Virus record (IMG/VR): IMGVR_UViG_3300036716_002035
Coordinates: 7,610 to 71,609 of that record
Source: a virus
Length of the DNA stretch: 64,000 bases
Reading direction: 5' to 3' (one strand)
Positions 26,083 through 35,147 of this stretch are shown piece by piece; positions within the stretch are counted from its first letter, which is position 1; each line of letters begins with the position of its first letter. Position numbers and translations under genes: made by a program. A model generated the notes under the pieces. That model ran no database searches and was not told the origin of the DNA. It was given only the letters and a program-made list of their open reading frames with translations.

Positions 26083-28527
26083 CTATTGACTGGTTTTCGT
26101 TTTTATTTTTTTTTCGTTAACAGAGATTTCTAGCTTTTTGATAGATACAGCGATATCTTTTACTTCGGAGGCGAGCAGCGTCGCCATTTTATTTTCTATC
26201 TCGTCTTTAATAATTTTTTTAATGGGTCGCGCTCCATCGTTTCTCTCAAAAGCAATATCGGATATAAAGTTGCAAACTTTGGGGGCAAAATTAACTTTGA
26301 CTCCTGAAGGAGACAGTTTTTCCTTTAAATTTTTAAGCTCCAACTTAACTATGCGAGTGATTTCAGGAAGTCCCAACGTATTAAAAACAACAATATCGTC
26401 CAAGCGATTAAGGAACTCTGGCTTAAAATGTTTAGAAGCCTCTTTGATAACTTCTGTGGAATTATCTACGTCAGTAGTAAGAAATCCCATTGACTTATTT
26501 TCCGTAAGTAAGTGGGCGCCTACGTTACCAGTTAGCAAAATTATACAATTGGCGAAACTAACCTCTTTGCCAAAACTATCTGTTAAGTGGCCCTCTTCCA
26601 TGATTTGAAGAAGCATCTGATGTACTGATGCGTCTGCCTTTTCAATTTCATCAAATAAAATTACAGAATATGGGTTCTTTTTAACTTTTTCCGTTAACTG
26701 ACCGCCCTCTTCGTAGCCAACGTAGCCAGGAGAAGATCCAACCATACGTGAGGCTGAAATTTTTTCAGAATATTCAGACATGTCCAGCTGTATCAATCTC
26801 CCACGACCACCAAAAACTTCCTTAGCTAAAGTTTTAGCCAAAAACGTTTTGCCTACACCGCTAGAACCTAAGCATAAGAAAGCTCCAAACGGTTTGTTCT
26901 TTTCTTTTAAAGGGGTATGCCCACGCAACAAACAACTATATAATTTATCAATTGCGACATCCTGCCCTATCAAGGCATTTTTAAGTTTCTCGTTTAAGCC
27001 TACAAATTTACGGGAGCTATTTATAAAAATAGAATCCAAGGGAATTTTTGCTTTTTGAGACAGCGCTTCAAACAAGTTTCTATCTGAAACATAACTCGGC
27101 GTCTTGCTTTTTTTGTCTGCCCACTTTACTAAAAGCTTTTCGTAAGAATGAAATAAATCATTTTGTTTTTTTGTAAGCTCTGGAGTCTTGCCCGAAGTTT
27201 CTTCTTGAAGCATTAGATCTTCAAGCTCCTTCTCTAATTTGTGGGCCTTATCTGGGCGCTTAAAAGCGTCTAGCTTTGCTTTTGCCCCAGCATGATCTAG
27301 CAAATCTAGGGCTTTATCTGGGAACCGTCTGTCTCCTATATATTTTTCTGCCAAATGGACGCAATTTTCTACAATAAACTCTGGATAGGAAACTCCGTGG
27401 AACTTTTCATAATATTTGCATGCGCTTTTTAATATTAAAATAGAATCTTCTTTTGTAGGCTCTTCTATTTTAACTACTTGGAACCTACGATCTAATGCTC
27501 CATCTTTAGAGATGGTTTTCTTGTGCTCCTCAAATGTAGTAGCACCGATGCAAATGATTTCTCCACGCGCTAAAGCTGGCTTTAGCATATTTGCTGCATC
27601 CATAGTGCCTTCTGCGCTCCCCGCACCGACCAAAGTATGTATCTCATCAATAAATAATATAACTTTGTCACTCTCTGAAACCTCTTTAATGACCTTCTTT
27701 AGTCTTTCTTCGAACTGTCCACGATATTTAGTGCCTGCAACTAATGAACCTATATCAAGGCCATATATCACCTTGCCAAGCAAAAACTCAGGGGCGCAAC
27801 CATCTACTATGTTCTGGGCCAAACCTTCAATAGCTGCCGTCTTACCTACGCCTGGATCACCCAGTAATATTGGATTACTTTTTTTGCGCTTACATAAAAC
27901 CTCAGAAATTTCTTTAATCTCTAAATCTCTGCCAATAACTGGGTCTAATTTTTTATTTCTAGCTAATTCGTTAAAATTAACTGAAAATTTAGATAAATTT
28001 TCCAGCCTCCCTTCTGGCTCGGGAAGCTCGGTAACCATTTCGCGCTCCTCTTCAGGGTGAATACCTAAAGACTCTTCCTGCTCTACGAACCTGCTTTTCA
28101 TGGCGGCAGAAAAAACCTTGGGGTCGATACCTACCTTAATAAGGTATTCGTAAATAGGGGATTCTGAGAATTGAGAAAGTGCTAATAAAATATGTTCAAC
28201 ACCTATATATCCATGGTCTAATTTCTCTGCAATTTTTTGGGCAATCAACAATGACTCATTCGCGTGTTGAGAATACATAAAATCCCCCTTATTTTCTGAA
28301 GAAAAGTCTTGATCCTTATCTATTATACTCAACAAATGCAACTGCACCAAATCTACGGAGGTGTCTAGGCTATTAAAAGTTTCCTCTACAACCTTTGCGT
28401 CTACCGATACTATACCATAGCAAAGATGCGCTATCGATACTACAAGAGTATTATTTTCTTCAGCAGCTTCTGCTGCAATTTTCAGAGCTTCTTGGGCTCT
28501 AGGCGTGAAATTGGGCTTCGTTTCCAT
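26083..28527 (-). CDS. clpC: ATP-dependent Clp protease ATP-binding subunit (ClpC/ClpA family)
   Basis: NFTPRAQ and tandem Clp-N repeats, NBD1 GDPGVGKT/FIDEIH, UVR-like middle coil, NBD2 GSSGVGKT/LFDEIEKA, ClpP-docking loop SMGF. Confidence 0.95.
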   Translation of the reverse strand: METKPNFTPRAQEALKIAAEAAEENNTLVVSIAHLCYGIVSVDAKVVEETFNSLDTSVDLVQLHLLSIIDKDQDFSSENKGDFMYSQHANESLLIAQKIAEKLDHGYIGVEHILLALSQFSESPIYEYLIKVGIDPKVFSAAMKSRFVEQEESLGIHPEEEREMVTELPEPEGRLENLSKFSVNFNELARNKKLDPVIGRDLEIKEISEVLCKRKKSNPILLGDPGVGKTAAIEGLAQNIVDGCAPEFLLGKVIYGLDIGSLVAGTKYRGQFEERLKKVIKEVSESDKVILFIDEIHTLVGAGSAEGTMDAANMLKPALARGEIICIGATTFEEHKKTISKDGALDRRFQVVKIEEPTKEDSILILKSACKYYEKFHGVSYPEFIVENCVHLAEKYIGDRRFPDKALDLLDHAGAKAKLDAFKRPDKAHKLEKELEDLMLQEETSGKTPELTKKQNDLFHSYEKLLVKWADKKSKTPSYVSDRNLFEALSQKAKIPLDSIFINSSRKFVGLNEKLKNALIGQDVAIDKLYSCLLRGHTPLKEKNKPFGAFLCLGSSGVGKTFLAKTLAKEVFGGRGRLIQLDMSEYSEKISASRMVGSSPGYVGYEEGGQLTEKVKKNPYSVILFDEIEKADASVHQMLLQIMEEGHLTDSFGKEVSFANCIILLTGNVGAHLLTENKSMGFLTTDVDNSTEVIKEASKHFKPEFLNRLDDIVVFNTLGLPEITRIVKLELKNLKEKLSPSGVKVNFAPKVCNFISDIAFERNDGARPIKKIIKDEIENKMATLLASEVKDIAVSIKKLEISVNEKKIKTKTSQ

Positions 28528-28545
28528 TCTCAATATAAGGTTACA

Positions 28546-31128
28546 CTATTTAATATCGCTTAGTTTCATAAAGATCTTTTCGTCTAGGACGGCAATGCTA
28601 TCCATAAATAAAATATCTGACCCTTTCCTGGCAGAAAATACAACTATGCTTTCTTTTTTTGGCATTTTATTTTTACTTAAAAAAGTATCTACTCTGTTGT
28701 TTTCTATCCACCCCCTATCTGTGCGTTGCCTTCCATTAAGCAGCATGGCATCCATTGAGGCAGTCTCATCCGAAAGAGAAAATTTAATATAAAGATTGCC
28801 GTTTCGACTCTTTCTTTTGACTATGTCAGATATTACACCAATAAACTTAGCGCCATCTCCCTCCTCCAACCTCGAAGCATATAAGAGGTTGTTTAATTCT
28901 TGCCCAATAAAAACTTCAGTTAAGCGATTAGTATAACTATATCCTAACAATTTTCTTTCAAAGAACCAGTTTGCAAACTTCTCTTGCTTGCGGTTTTGAT
29001 TATAAATCTCTCTATAAGGAAGATACTTCTTCTTAAACGTCCCAAATCTTTTTTCGGGCATTATTAATTTGCTATCATCACCGAGCAAAGCATCCCTTTG
29101 AGTGGACGCTATACAATCTAAGAGTTTATAATCATATTTCTCTCCTAGGGCCACGAAATTACGCTTCTCTCGGTCAGTAAGGATGTTGAAAGCCTGAGCC
29201 TCTAAAACCAAAAGCGACCGACTGGAATCTCCGCACGAAGACATGGCTCCCGCCTGTATTAAGGCGGAAAGCGTACCAATATTAAGGCCAGCCGTTTTAG
29301 CTGTAAGAAAAATGTCGTATTTATTTATTCTTGCCGAATCCCTAAAATCTTTCAAGTTCTGGAGGGACTTTTCGCTAATACCCTTAATACTGTTTAATCC
29401 GTATCTAATATCTTTATCCTCGATAGTAAAGTCCATGTCTGACCTTGCTAAGTCAGGAGGTAACAACTTAATATTAAAATGAGGTAACTCTTGAGAAATT
29501 TTGCAAATCTCTTCGTGCGGGGCAGGCTCAAACTGCGACATTCGCAGAAGGGATTTGAAGAACTGAAGAGGGTGTTTGAATTTAAGGTATGTGGTCCACG
29601 CAGCAAGTGTTGCGTATGAAATTGAATGAGACTTGTTAAACGAATAGTTAGCGCTGTCCTCGGCCACGCTCCAAAGCACTTCGCCCACCTCGGAGGGAAG
29701 GTTATTCTCTATAACTTTTTGATCAATCTTTTGCTTCCAAATAGGCATTTCTTTAACCTTTTTTTTGCCTACTATACGCCTCAATTGTTCTGCTTCGTCC
29801 AAGCTAAAACCTACTTTAACAGCCATCTTCATGAGCTGCTCTTGATACAAAGGAATACCCCCAGTATACGAAAGGACATCATCAAAAAAAGGATGGACAC
29901 TCTGAGATTCTCCAGTAGTAGCAAATTCTACAAAACTATCCATAAAATCTAAAGCGCCTGGCCGACCAATAGCTATGACTGCGCTTAACTCCTCTAAAGT
30001 TTTTGGACCAACCTTTTTGCATACTTTAAAGTTTACATCTGCCTCAATCTGAAAAAGGCCATGCGGACAATTGAAATCCTTAGATAATGGAGCAAACGAA
30101 GAAGACTCTCCCAATGGTATTTGATCTACAGATAAGTCAAGGCTCTGGCATACATCATAAATAACACTTAACGTTCTTAATCCTAATATGTCAAACTTAA
30201 CCATAAGCTCGGCCACCCAATTCATGTCGTAACCACTTACCAATCCACCATCTCCAGTGCTTTGAAGCGGGCAAATATCCTCAAGCTTGTCGTAAGAAAT
30301 TGCAATGCCTGAAGGGTGAACTCCTGTGTTTTTGTTCAAGCCCTCTAGCTTTTGGGCGACCTCATAAATATGGGTGTTTTTAGAAACCCATTCTTCAAAC
30401 TTTTCGCTTTCAAGTACTGAATCGATTAAAGAGGCAACCTTGCCAAACTTTTTGGGAATAAAATCACTAACCGCATTGACATCCTGCTCGGAATACAAGC
30501 CTACAATCTTGCCGCATTCTTTAATGCAAAGCTTGCTGCTTAAGGTGTTTAGCGTTAAAATATTACAAGTTCTTGATGGGTACCTATTCTCAATAAATTT
30601 AACAACATCCTGCCTCCTTTCGTAAGAAATGTCGTTGTCTATATCTGCTAATAATGAACCATCTAAATACGTAACCCCATCCTTGCCCTCTATCTTCTTC
30701 GCCCTACTCTTGCTAACAAACCTCTCGAAATATAAATCATATCTCACGGGATCAATGTTTGTTACATCAATTAGATATAAAACCAAAGACCCTGCTGCTG
30801 AACCTCGTCCTGGTCCTGTGGGGATGTTCTTCTCGGCGCAAAAATTATGAACATCCCAATTTAATAAAATATAATCCACAAACCCAAGGTCCTGAAGTAT
30901 ATCTAACTCTTCTTTTGTCCTTTTGTAATATTTATCTTTGTTTTCGAAATGGTCTATTCCCCTATCCTTAATCCCTTCCCAACATAACCTTTTTAAAAAA
31001 TCAAAATTAGAGATTGGGGATTTTATGTTGAATTTGTCATAAAAACGCTGTTCAATTTTAATTTCTGGCAAACGCACGCCTGGTGGGCAAGCCTCTTCGT
31101 AATCTGAAAAACCTTTAAAAAAATTCAT
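28546..31128 (-). CDS. dnaE: DNA polymerase III alpha (DnaE-type) lacking the PHP domain
   Basis: GPGRGSAAGSL, FERF, ADIDND, GVHPSG, KFDILGL, LYQEQ, YSFNKSHS, IRYGL..IKGI, C-terminal OB fold; start MNFFK at 31128 overlaps the exonuclease stop. Confidence 0.95.
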   Translation of the reverse strand: MNFFKGFSDYEEACPPGVRLPEIKIEQRFYDKFNIKSPISNFDFLKRLCWEGIKDRGIDHFENKDKYYKRTKEELDILQDLGFVDYILLNWDVHNFCAEKNIPTGPGRGSAAGSLVLYLIDVTNIDPVRYDLYFERFVSKSRAKKIEGKDGVTYLDGSLLADIDNDISYERRQDVVKFIENRYPSRTCNILTLNTLSSKLCIKECGKIVGLYSEQDVNAVSDFIPKKFGKVASLIDSVLESEKFEEWVSKNTHIYEVAQKLEGLNKNTGVHPSGIAISYDKLEDICPLQSTGDGGLVSGYDMNWVAELMVKFDILGLRTLSVIYDVCQSLDLSVDQIPLGESSSFAPLSKDFNCPHGLFQIEADVNFKVCKKVGPKTLEELSAVIAIGRPGALDFMDSFVEFATTGESQSVHPFFDDVLSYTGGIPLYQEQLMKMAVKVGFSLDEAEQLRRIVGKKKVKEMPIWKQKIDQKVIENNLPSEVGEVLWSVAEDSANYSFNKSHSISYATLAAWTTYLKFKHPLQFFKSLLRMSQFEPAPHEEICKISQELPHFNIKLLPPDLARSDMDFTIEDKDIRYGLNSIKGISEKSLQNLKDFRDSARINKYDIFLTAKTAGLNIGTLSALIQAGAMSSCGDSSRSLLVLEAQAFNILTDREKRNFVALGEKYDYKLLDCIASTQRDALLGDDSKLIMPEKRFGTFKKKYLPYREIYNQNRKQEKFANWFFERKLLGYSYTNRLTEVFIGQELNNLLYASRLEEGDGAKFIGVISDIVKRKSRNGNLYIKFSLSDETASMDAMLLNGRQRTDRGWIENNRVDTFLSKNKMPKKESIVVFSARKGSDILFMDSIAVLDEKIFMKLSDIK

Positions 31129-31763
31129 AATTCTATCTCCCATAGTTGGCGACGAAAGATTTCGTAATTCATCTTTACGTCATAAATTGCATCGTGCAGT
31201 TTGCTTGGATCGAAATCTAAGTCATAGCGTTTGCATAGTGCCGTAATGCTAGCTTTCATGCCGCGCTCCCTAAAGGAACATAACTTGTATTGCCACGATA
31301 AAAAATTACCCTTGGCCGCCTTAATCCCTTTGTGTATAGCTTTAGCAACGCATAGCGTGTCAATTAAGTCTCCAAGATAAGAGTAGTCTGGCTTTTTGTT
31401 TAAAAGCTTTCTAAAAATAGAATGTATATAAACATCGAAGCCCAATAAGTTGTGTCCCATTTTTATGTATTGGGGGTCATATAGATATTTTTCTATAACT
31501 CCCAAAACTTCTTCTGGGTCTTGTGCATTTTTTTCATATCTCTTTCTGTTGAAGCCTGTGATTTTCGCCGCGTCCGCAGAAATGTCCAAACTGTCCCACT
31601 TAATTAAAAAATCAAATTCCTCAATCACTTCGTCCCCCTTACAGATGATAAACCCAGCTTGCCAGGGCTTGTTATTTAGACTGCATAGATTTAAGTTACA
31701 AGTCTCAAAATCGAATACCATGTATTTTTGGTTTTTCTTAAAACGTAAAAGTTCATCTTTCAT
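31125..31763 (-). CDS. DEDDh 3'-5' exonuclease (DnaQ/epsilon-like)
   Basis: VFDFET (ExoI), GHNLLGFD (ExoII), IDTL, LHDAIYDV (ExoIII); start MKDELL at 31763. Confidence 0.9.
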   Translation of the reverse strand: MKDELLRFKKNQKYMVFDFETCNLNLCSLNNKPWQAGFIICKGDEVIEEFDFLIKWDSLDISADAAKITGFNRKRYEKNAQDPEEVLGVIEKYLYDPQYIKMGHNLLGFDVYIHSIFRKLLNKKPDYSYLGDLIDTLCVAKAIHKGIKAAKGNFLSWQYKLCSFRERGMKASITALCKRYDLDFDPSKLHDAIYDVKMNYEIFRRQLWEIEL

Positions 31764-31770
31764 GTTGTGT

Positions 31771-31799
31771 AGCATACTAGATAATGAATAAATAGTCAA
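31771..31799 (-). promoter_or_regulatory. sigma70-like promoter of exonuclease-dnaE (leaderless geometry)
   Basis: TTGACT-17nt-TATGCT-7nt-ATG(31763). Confidence 0.75.
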
Positions 31800-31842
31800 T
31801 AAAAAACGGAAGCTATAAATTTTACGTGTATATATTTGCAAT

Positions 31843-32190
31843 ATGAGTATTAATGTATCATCCAGCGGAGTATTTAATGGCATAGGTATTGATGGCACCG
31901 ATTTAACCATTCCTTTAGCATCTATTCGATATGGGGGGAGCACGATAACTGAAGCAGAAGCTACAGGAGACTACAGGACATTGATGAGGGGAATTCAGGA
32001 AAGCTACCACTATTTTACGACAGGTGTTGCAACTGGCACTTCCAATCCCGACGATTTTAATAAGCCATCTTATTTTACAGAAACTGTATCTGATTGGAGT
32101 ACTTATCAATCTAGTTACCTGACGAGGTATTATCAGACTACATTCTACTACAATATTATGGATGACGCTACACTGGTTGACGAAAGCTAG
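31843..32190 (+). CDS. hypothetical protein
   Basis: 115-aa ORF on the opposite strand inside the polymerase module; GTGTA motif 12 nt upstream. Confidence 0.7.
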   Translation: MSINVSSSGVFNGIGIDGTDLTIPLASIRYGGSTITEAEATGDYRTLMRGIQESYHYFTTGVATGTSNPDDFNKPSYFTETVSDWSTYQSSYLTRYYQTTFYYNIMDDATLVDES

Positions 32191-32230
32191 TCGCATCCAT
32201 ATATCGTCCACTGACTACTGGCTCCCGTTT

Positions 32231-32977
32231 TTATTTTTTTTCGTTCGTAGGTAACCATTCCTCAAAACAAAAGGAATCACTCCCTTGGTGGTCAAAATTG
32301 GGCACCGTTAAATCCCTGGTCTTGAACGTCCTGTTGCAGATGCATTTGTACGTTTGATATGCAGAGAAGTCTTTTTTAGCTTTGTAGAAAATGCTTTTTG
32401 TTTCTAATATTGAGTGACAGTTCCTGTCGCAATAAGCATCAACCTCGTCTTCAATTAAGCCGTCAAAGGGTAAATTATTATTTTCTGTAAAAAAAATAGG
32501 ATCAGCAAAAGAAAAGTCGGGGGTGCAACTAGAAAATGACATTGCATTATTAAAAATAAAAGAATCGTAAAAAGGTATGGCAAGTTTTAACGCAGAGTCA
32601 TCCCAAATATCCTTCAAGTATTCCTCCGAAAGAACGCCTCCGCCGATCGTAAAAGCGTTTGTGTAAATTTTATTTAAAAGCCTGCATCCTAAAGAATTTT
32701 TAGCAAAAATTACTATTTTGTGAACGCACGACGAATCTTTTGATTCCTCGTTAGACATGGAGATTCTTAGCCCGAACCTAAGATTAAGGCCATGATCTCT
32801 TGCCCCGTCGCGTGCTTCTAGAAAACCTATCAAGGAGTCTTCTACTAAGACGATATCCTTTAAGTCCGCATCTTTGGCAATAGAAAGTATGCTTCGGTTT
32901 TTTGTTTTTTCTGAAGGTTCCTCAAAAGTTAAAATGCTTTTGCCTATGGAGTAGTGTGATTTAAATAAAGGGATCAT
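32231..32977 (-). CDS. stand-alone PHP domain of the split DnaE
   Basis: PLFKSHYSIGKSIL, GLNLRFGLRI, KIVIFAKNSLGCRLLNKIYT align to the DnaE N-terminal PHP domain with degenerate metal ligands. Confidence 0.8.
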   Translation of the reverse strand: MIPLFKSHYSIGKSILTFEEPSEKTKNRSILSIAKDADLKDIVLVEDSLIGFLEARDGARDHGLNLRFGLRISMSNEESKDSSCVHKIVIFAKNSLGCRLLNKIYTNAFTIGGGVLSEEYLKDIWDDSALKLAIPFYDSFIFNNAMSFSSCTPDFSFADPIFFTENNNLPFDGLIEDEVDAYCDRNCHSILETKSIFYKAKKDFSAYQTYKCICNRTFKTRDLTVPNFDHQGSDSFCFEEWLPTNEKK

Positions 32978-33013
32978 CAATACAGAATAACACTTACAAT
33001 CAATGCAGTCAAC

Positions 33014-34090
33014 TCAAAAATCAAACTCATCCTTTTTATTCCAATGAGGGCAACCCTTATACGATCTTAATTCTATTGTATCTCCATCTTTTTGTATTTT
33101 TTCTAAATCAATACGCTTCTCCTTGAAGGCCGAAGCTTTTATCTTCTCGTCTTTATTAATTAAAACATAATAATCCATAGGCCTCCTGAAAGGACAAATA
33201 TACGCAGGTATCTTGTTGCCATCCTGATCCAATAAAGGCTCTCCTCTAAACTTTTTAAAACCCTCTCTACCGCAAGACAAGGGGCCGCCAAAGGAACCGT
33301 CTTTAGGGTAAGGCTTTGTTGCAGCAAATCCCACGCGGGCTTTTGCGTCCGTAAAATCATTTAAATATTTATTTATTTCTGTTAGGTGATACTCAAACCC
33401 CTCAAGCTCTTCATCTTCTAGTTCGTTCATTTGAAGTAGCCCCTTGCCTGTAGCTCCTACCAAATCTTTTCCCAAAGGAAATCTCAAAAATAAAAATTCA
33501 GAAAATCTTTTTTTGTATTTAGGATACATCTGTTTTACTGCTAAGGAATACATTAGGTCTTGCAAATTATCCGTAGCATCTTTCCCTTTAAATACCTGTT
33601 TGCTTGTCTTGAAATCTCTTATTACCGCGTGTTTATTATATAAAAATAATTTATCAATAAAACCTTTAATCCGATAGTGCTTCCCGTCTTTTTTTACCGT
33701 AAGGTCAAAATCCTTTTCGGATATAGCCTCCTTAGGTACTTGTTCGGTATCTCCAAAAAAATCATACTTTAAACCTTTTAAAGTCATCTCATCCATATCC
33801 TCCAAGGCTTCTGGATAATTGATGTCCAATCTACCTGCATAAATAGACACTAATCTAGCTATGGGGCCTGAAGCATAAATCGTACCCGAGTCCAAGATTT
33901 TTTTAAGGTGGGAAGCGTGCTTGTCTGCGCCAAGAAGCTCAAATATAAGATGACAAATCCATCCTTTAGATGCTCCCTCATTGGTTGACTCTGGAAGCTT
34001 TAAAACGTACTTAGAAAAGTAAGTCCAGCTACATGTTTGGGCAGTCTTAATTCGACTGGCAGACAAAGGGGTAAGTTCTTCTTTATTCAT
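33014..34090 (-). CDS. PD-(D/E)XK nuclease (RecB/AddB-like exonuclease)
   Basis: LSASRIKTAQTC, G.ICHLIFE, KGFIDKL, IRDFKTSK, Q...YSLA. Confidence 0.85.
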   Translation of the reverse strand: MNKEELTPLSASRIKTAQTCSWTYFSKYVLKLPESTNEGASKGWICHLIFELLGADKHASHLKKILDSGTIYASGPIARLVSIYAGRLDINYPEALEDMDEMTLKGLKYDFFGDTEQVPKEAISEKDFDLTVKKDGKHYRIKGFIDKLFLYNKHAVIRDFKTSKQVFKGKDATDNLQDLMYSLAVKQMYPKYKKRFSEFLFLRFPLGKDLVGATGKGLLQMNELEDEELEGFEYHLTEINKYLNDFTDAKARVGFAATKPYPKDGSFGGPLSCGREGFKKFRGEPLLDQDGNKIPAYICPFRRPMDYYVLINKDEKIKASAFKEKRIDLEKIQKDGDTIELRSYKGCPHWNKKDEFDF

Positions 34091-35147
34091 TAATATATTT
34101 AAGGTTCTTCATTATGTTTTTAGACAACCGACCTTTTTTAAAAAGAAGCTTGGCCGACTTAATGATATAGTTTTTTTGCGCTTCTATATCTAACTCTTTA
34201 GCCTTATTTTTCCACGTAACAAAATGATCTTCATCCATATCTCCGAAGTCATTTTTGACTGGCAGGCATATCTGCAAAACATTCGGGTCAAAATGCCCCA
34301 ATAGCTTAAGATAATTCTTAATGCATGCATTTAATCCTCTGTTATCTTCTTTAGAGCTATCATTGTTGAAAGATAAGGTAATCTTATTCAAGCCTATTCC
34401 CGAAAGAAAACAGATCAAGGACGGAGAAATGTCTAGGCCGAACGTTACCAAAACATTTTTGATTCCATGTTCATGCAAGGATAAAAGATCTCCAATACTT
34501 TCCACAAGAATTACCGAATCTTTCTGAGAAATAATATCTGATACTGACTCACCTGTACGAAACTTTAAATGGGCAGGATAAATCCAATTAGATTTTCTTC
34601 CTACATGCTTCCATTTGGGCCTGTTCTCTCCGTCAATCATATCCCTGCCAGCAAACCCGTGTATCTGGCCATGTATATTAATAATAGGGAATACAAACCT
34701 CTTGTTCATTTGCCCATACGTTGCAAACCCACCCAAAAAAAACTTTAAAGTAGTGTCTGAGATCCCCCTGTTATTATAAAACTTATAATGCGGGAGCAGC
34801 TTATCTAAAATACTAATGTCGTATATCTCTTCCATCTCTATCTTTCCTTCGAGGTTGCTGCGCTTTTTTTTTAAATCGCCTAAATTAGAATCTTTTAAAT
34901 ATTTCTTAATTGTATATGGGTTACTGGTTCCTAAAGTTTTTTGAACCAATAATTCGAACCTTGAATAAGGATTGTTATTACTACCATCCCTGTCAACATA
35001 ATCCCTCCATACTCCCGTATCTTTATAAATTTGTAATGCTGTCTGATTATCTCCGTCCCTATATATGGCAGTCGCTTGCCAATACGCCCCTCTATCCTTT
35101 AATTTATAACCCAAGGACTCGAGCACTTCTTTTACTGTGCCTGACAT
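34083..35147 (-). CDS. dnaG: DNA primase (DnaG-like, TOPRIM)
   Basis: RGIS, RFVFPI...GFAGR, PKWKH, ILVESIGDLLSL, NDFGDM; adjacent to DnaB. Confidence 0.85.
   Translation of the reverse strand: MSGTVKEVLESLGYKLKDRGAYWQATAIYRDGDNQTALQIYKDTGVWRDYVDRDGSNNNPYSRFELLVQKTLGTSNPYTIKKYLKDSNLGDLKKKRSNLEGKIEMEEIYDISILDKLLPHYKFYNNRGISDTTLKFFLGGFATYGQMNKRFVFPIINIHGQIHGFAGRDMIDGENRPKWKHVGRKSNWIYPAHLKFRTGESVSDIISQKDSVILVESIGDLLSLHEHGIKNVLVTFGLDISPSLICFLSGIGLNKITLSFNNDSSKEDNRGLNACIKNYLKLLGHFDPNVLQICLPVKNDFGDMDEDHFVTWKNKAKELDIEAQKNYIIKSAKLLFKKGRLSKNIMKNLKYINE

Noticed and set aside
26138-30971. Multiple + strand ORFs (e.g. 27416-28060, 214 aa) overlapping clpC and dnaE
   Set aside because: These are antisense shadows of well-conserved genes with Ser/Leu/Phe-rich, non-protein-like composition. 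The same applies to most other + strand ORFs in the track.
28546-32977. Split-intein DnaE (trans-splicing)
   Set aside because: No intein N-terminal (C/S-start block A) or C-terminal HN motifs are visible at the ends of the PHP or core proteins.
33014-34090. Cas4 / CRISPR-associated nuclease
   Set aside because: It lies within the replication operon with no array or other cas genes; better explained as a RecB-like phage exonuclease.
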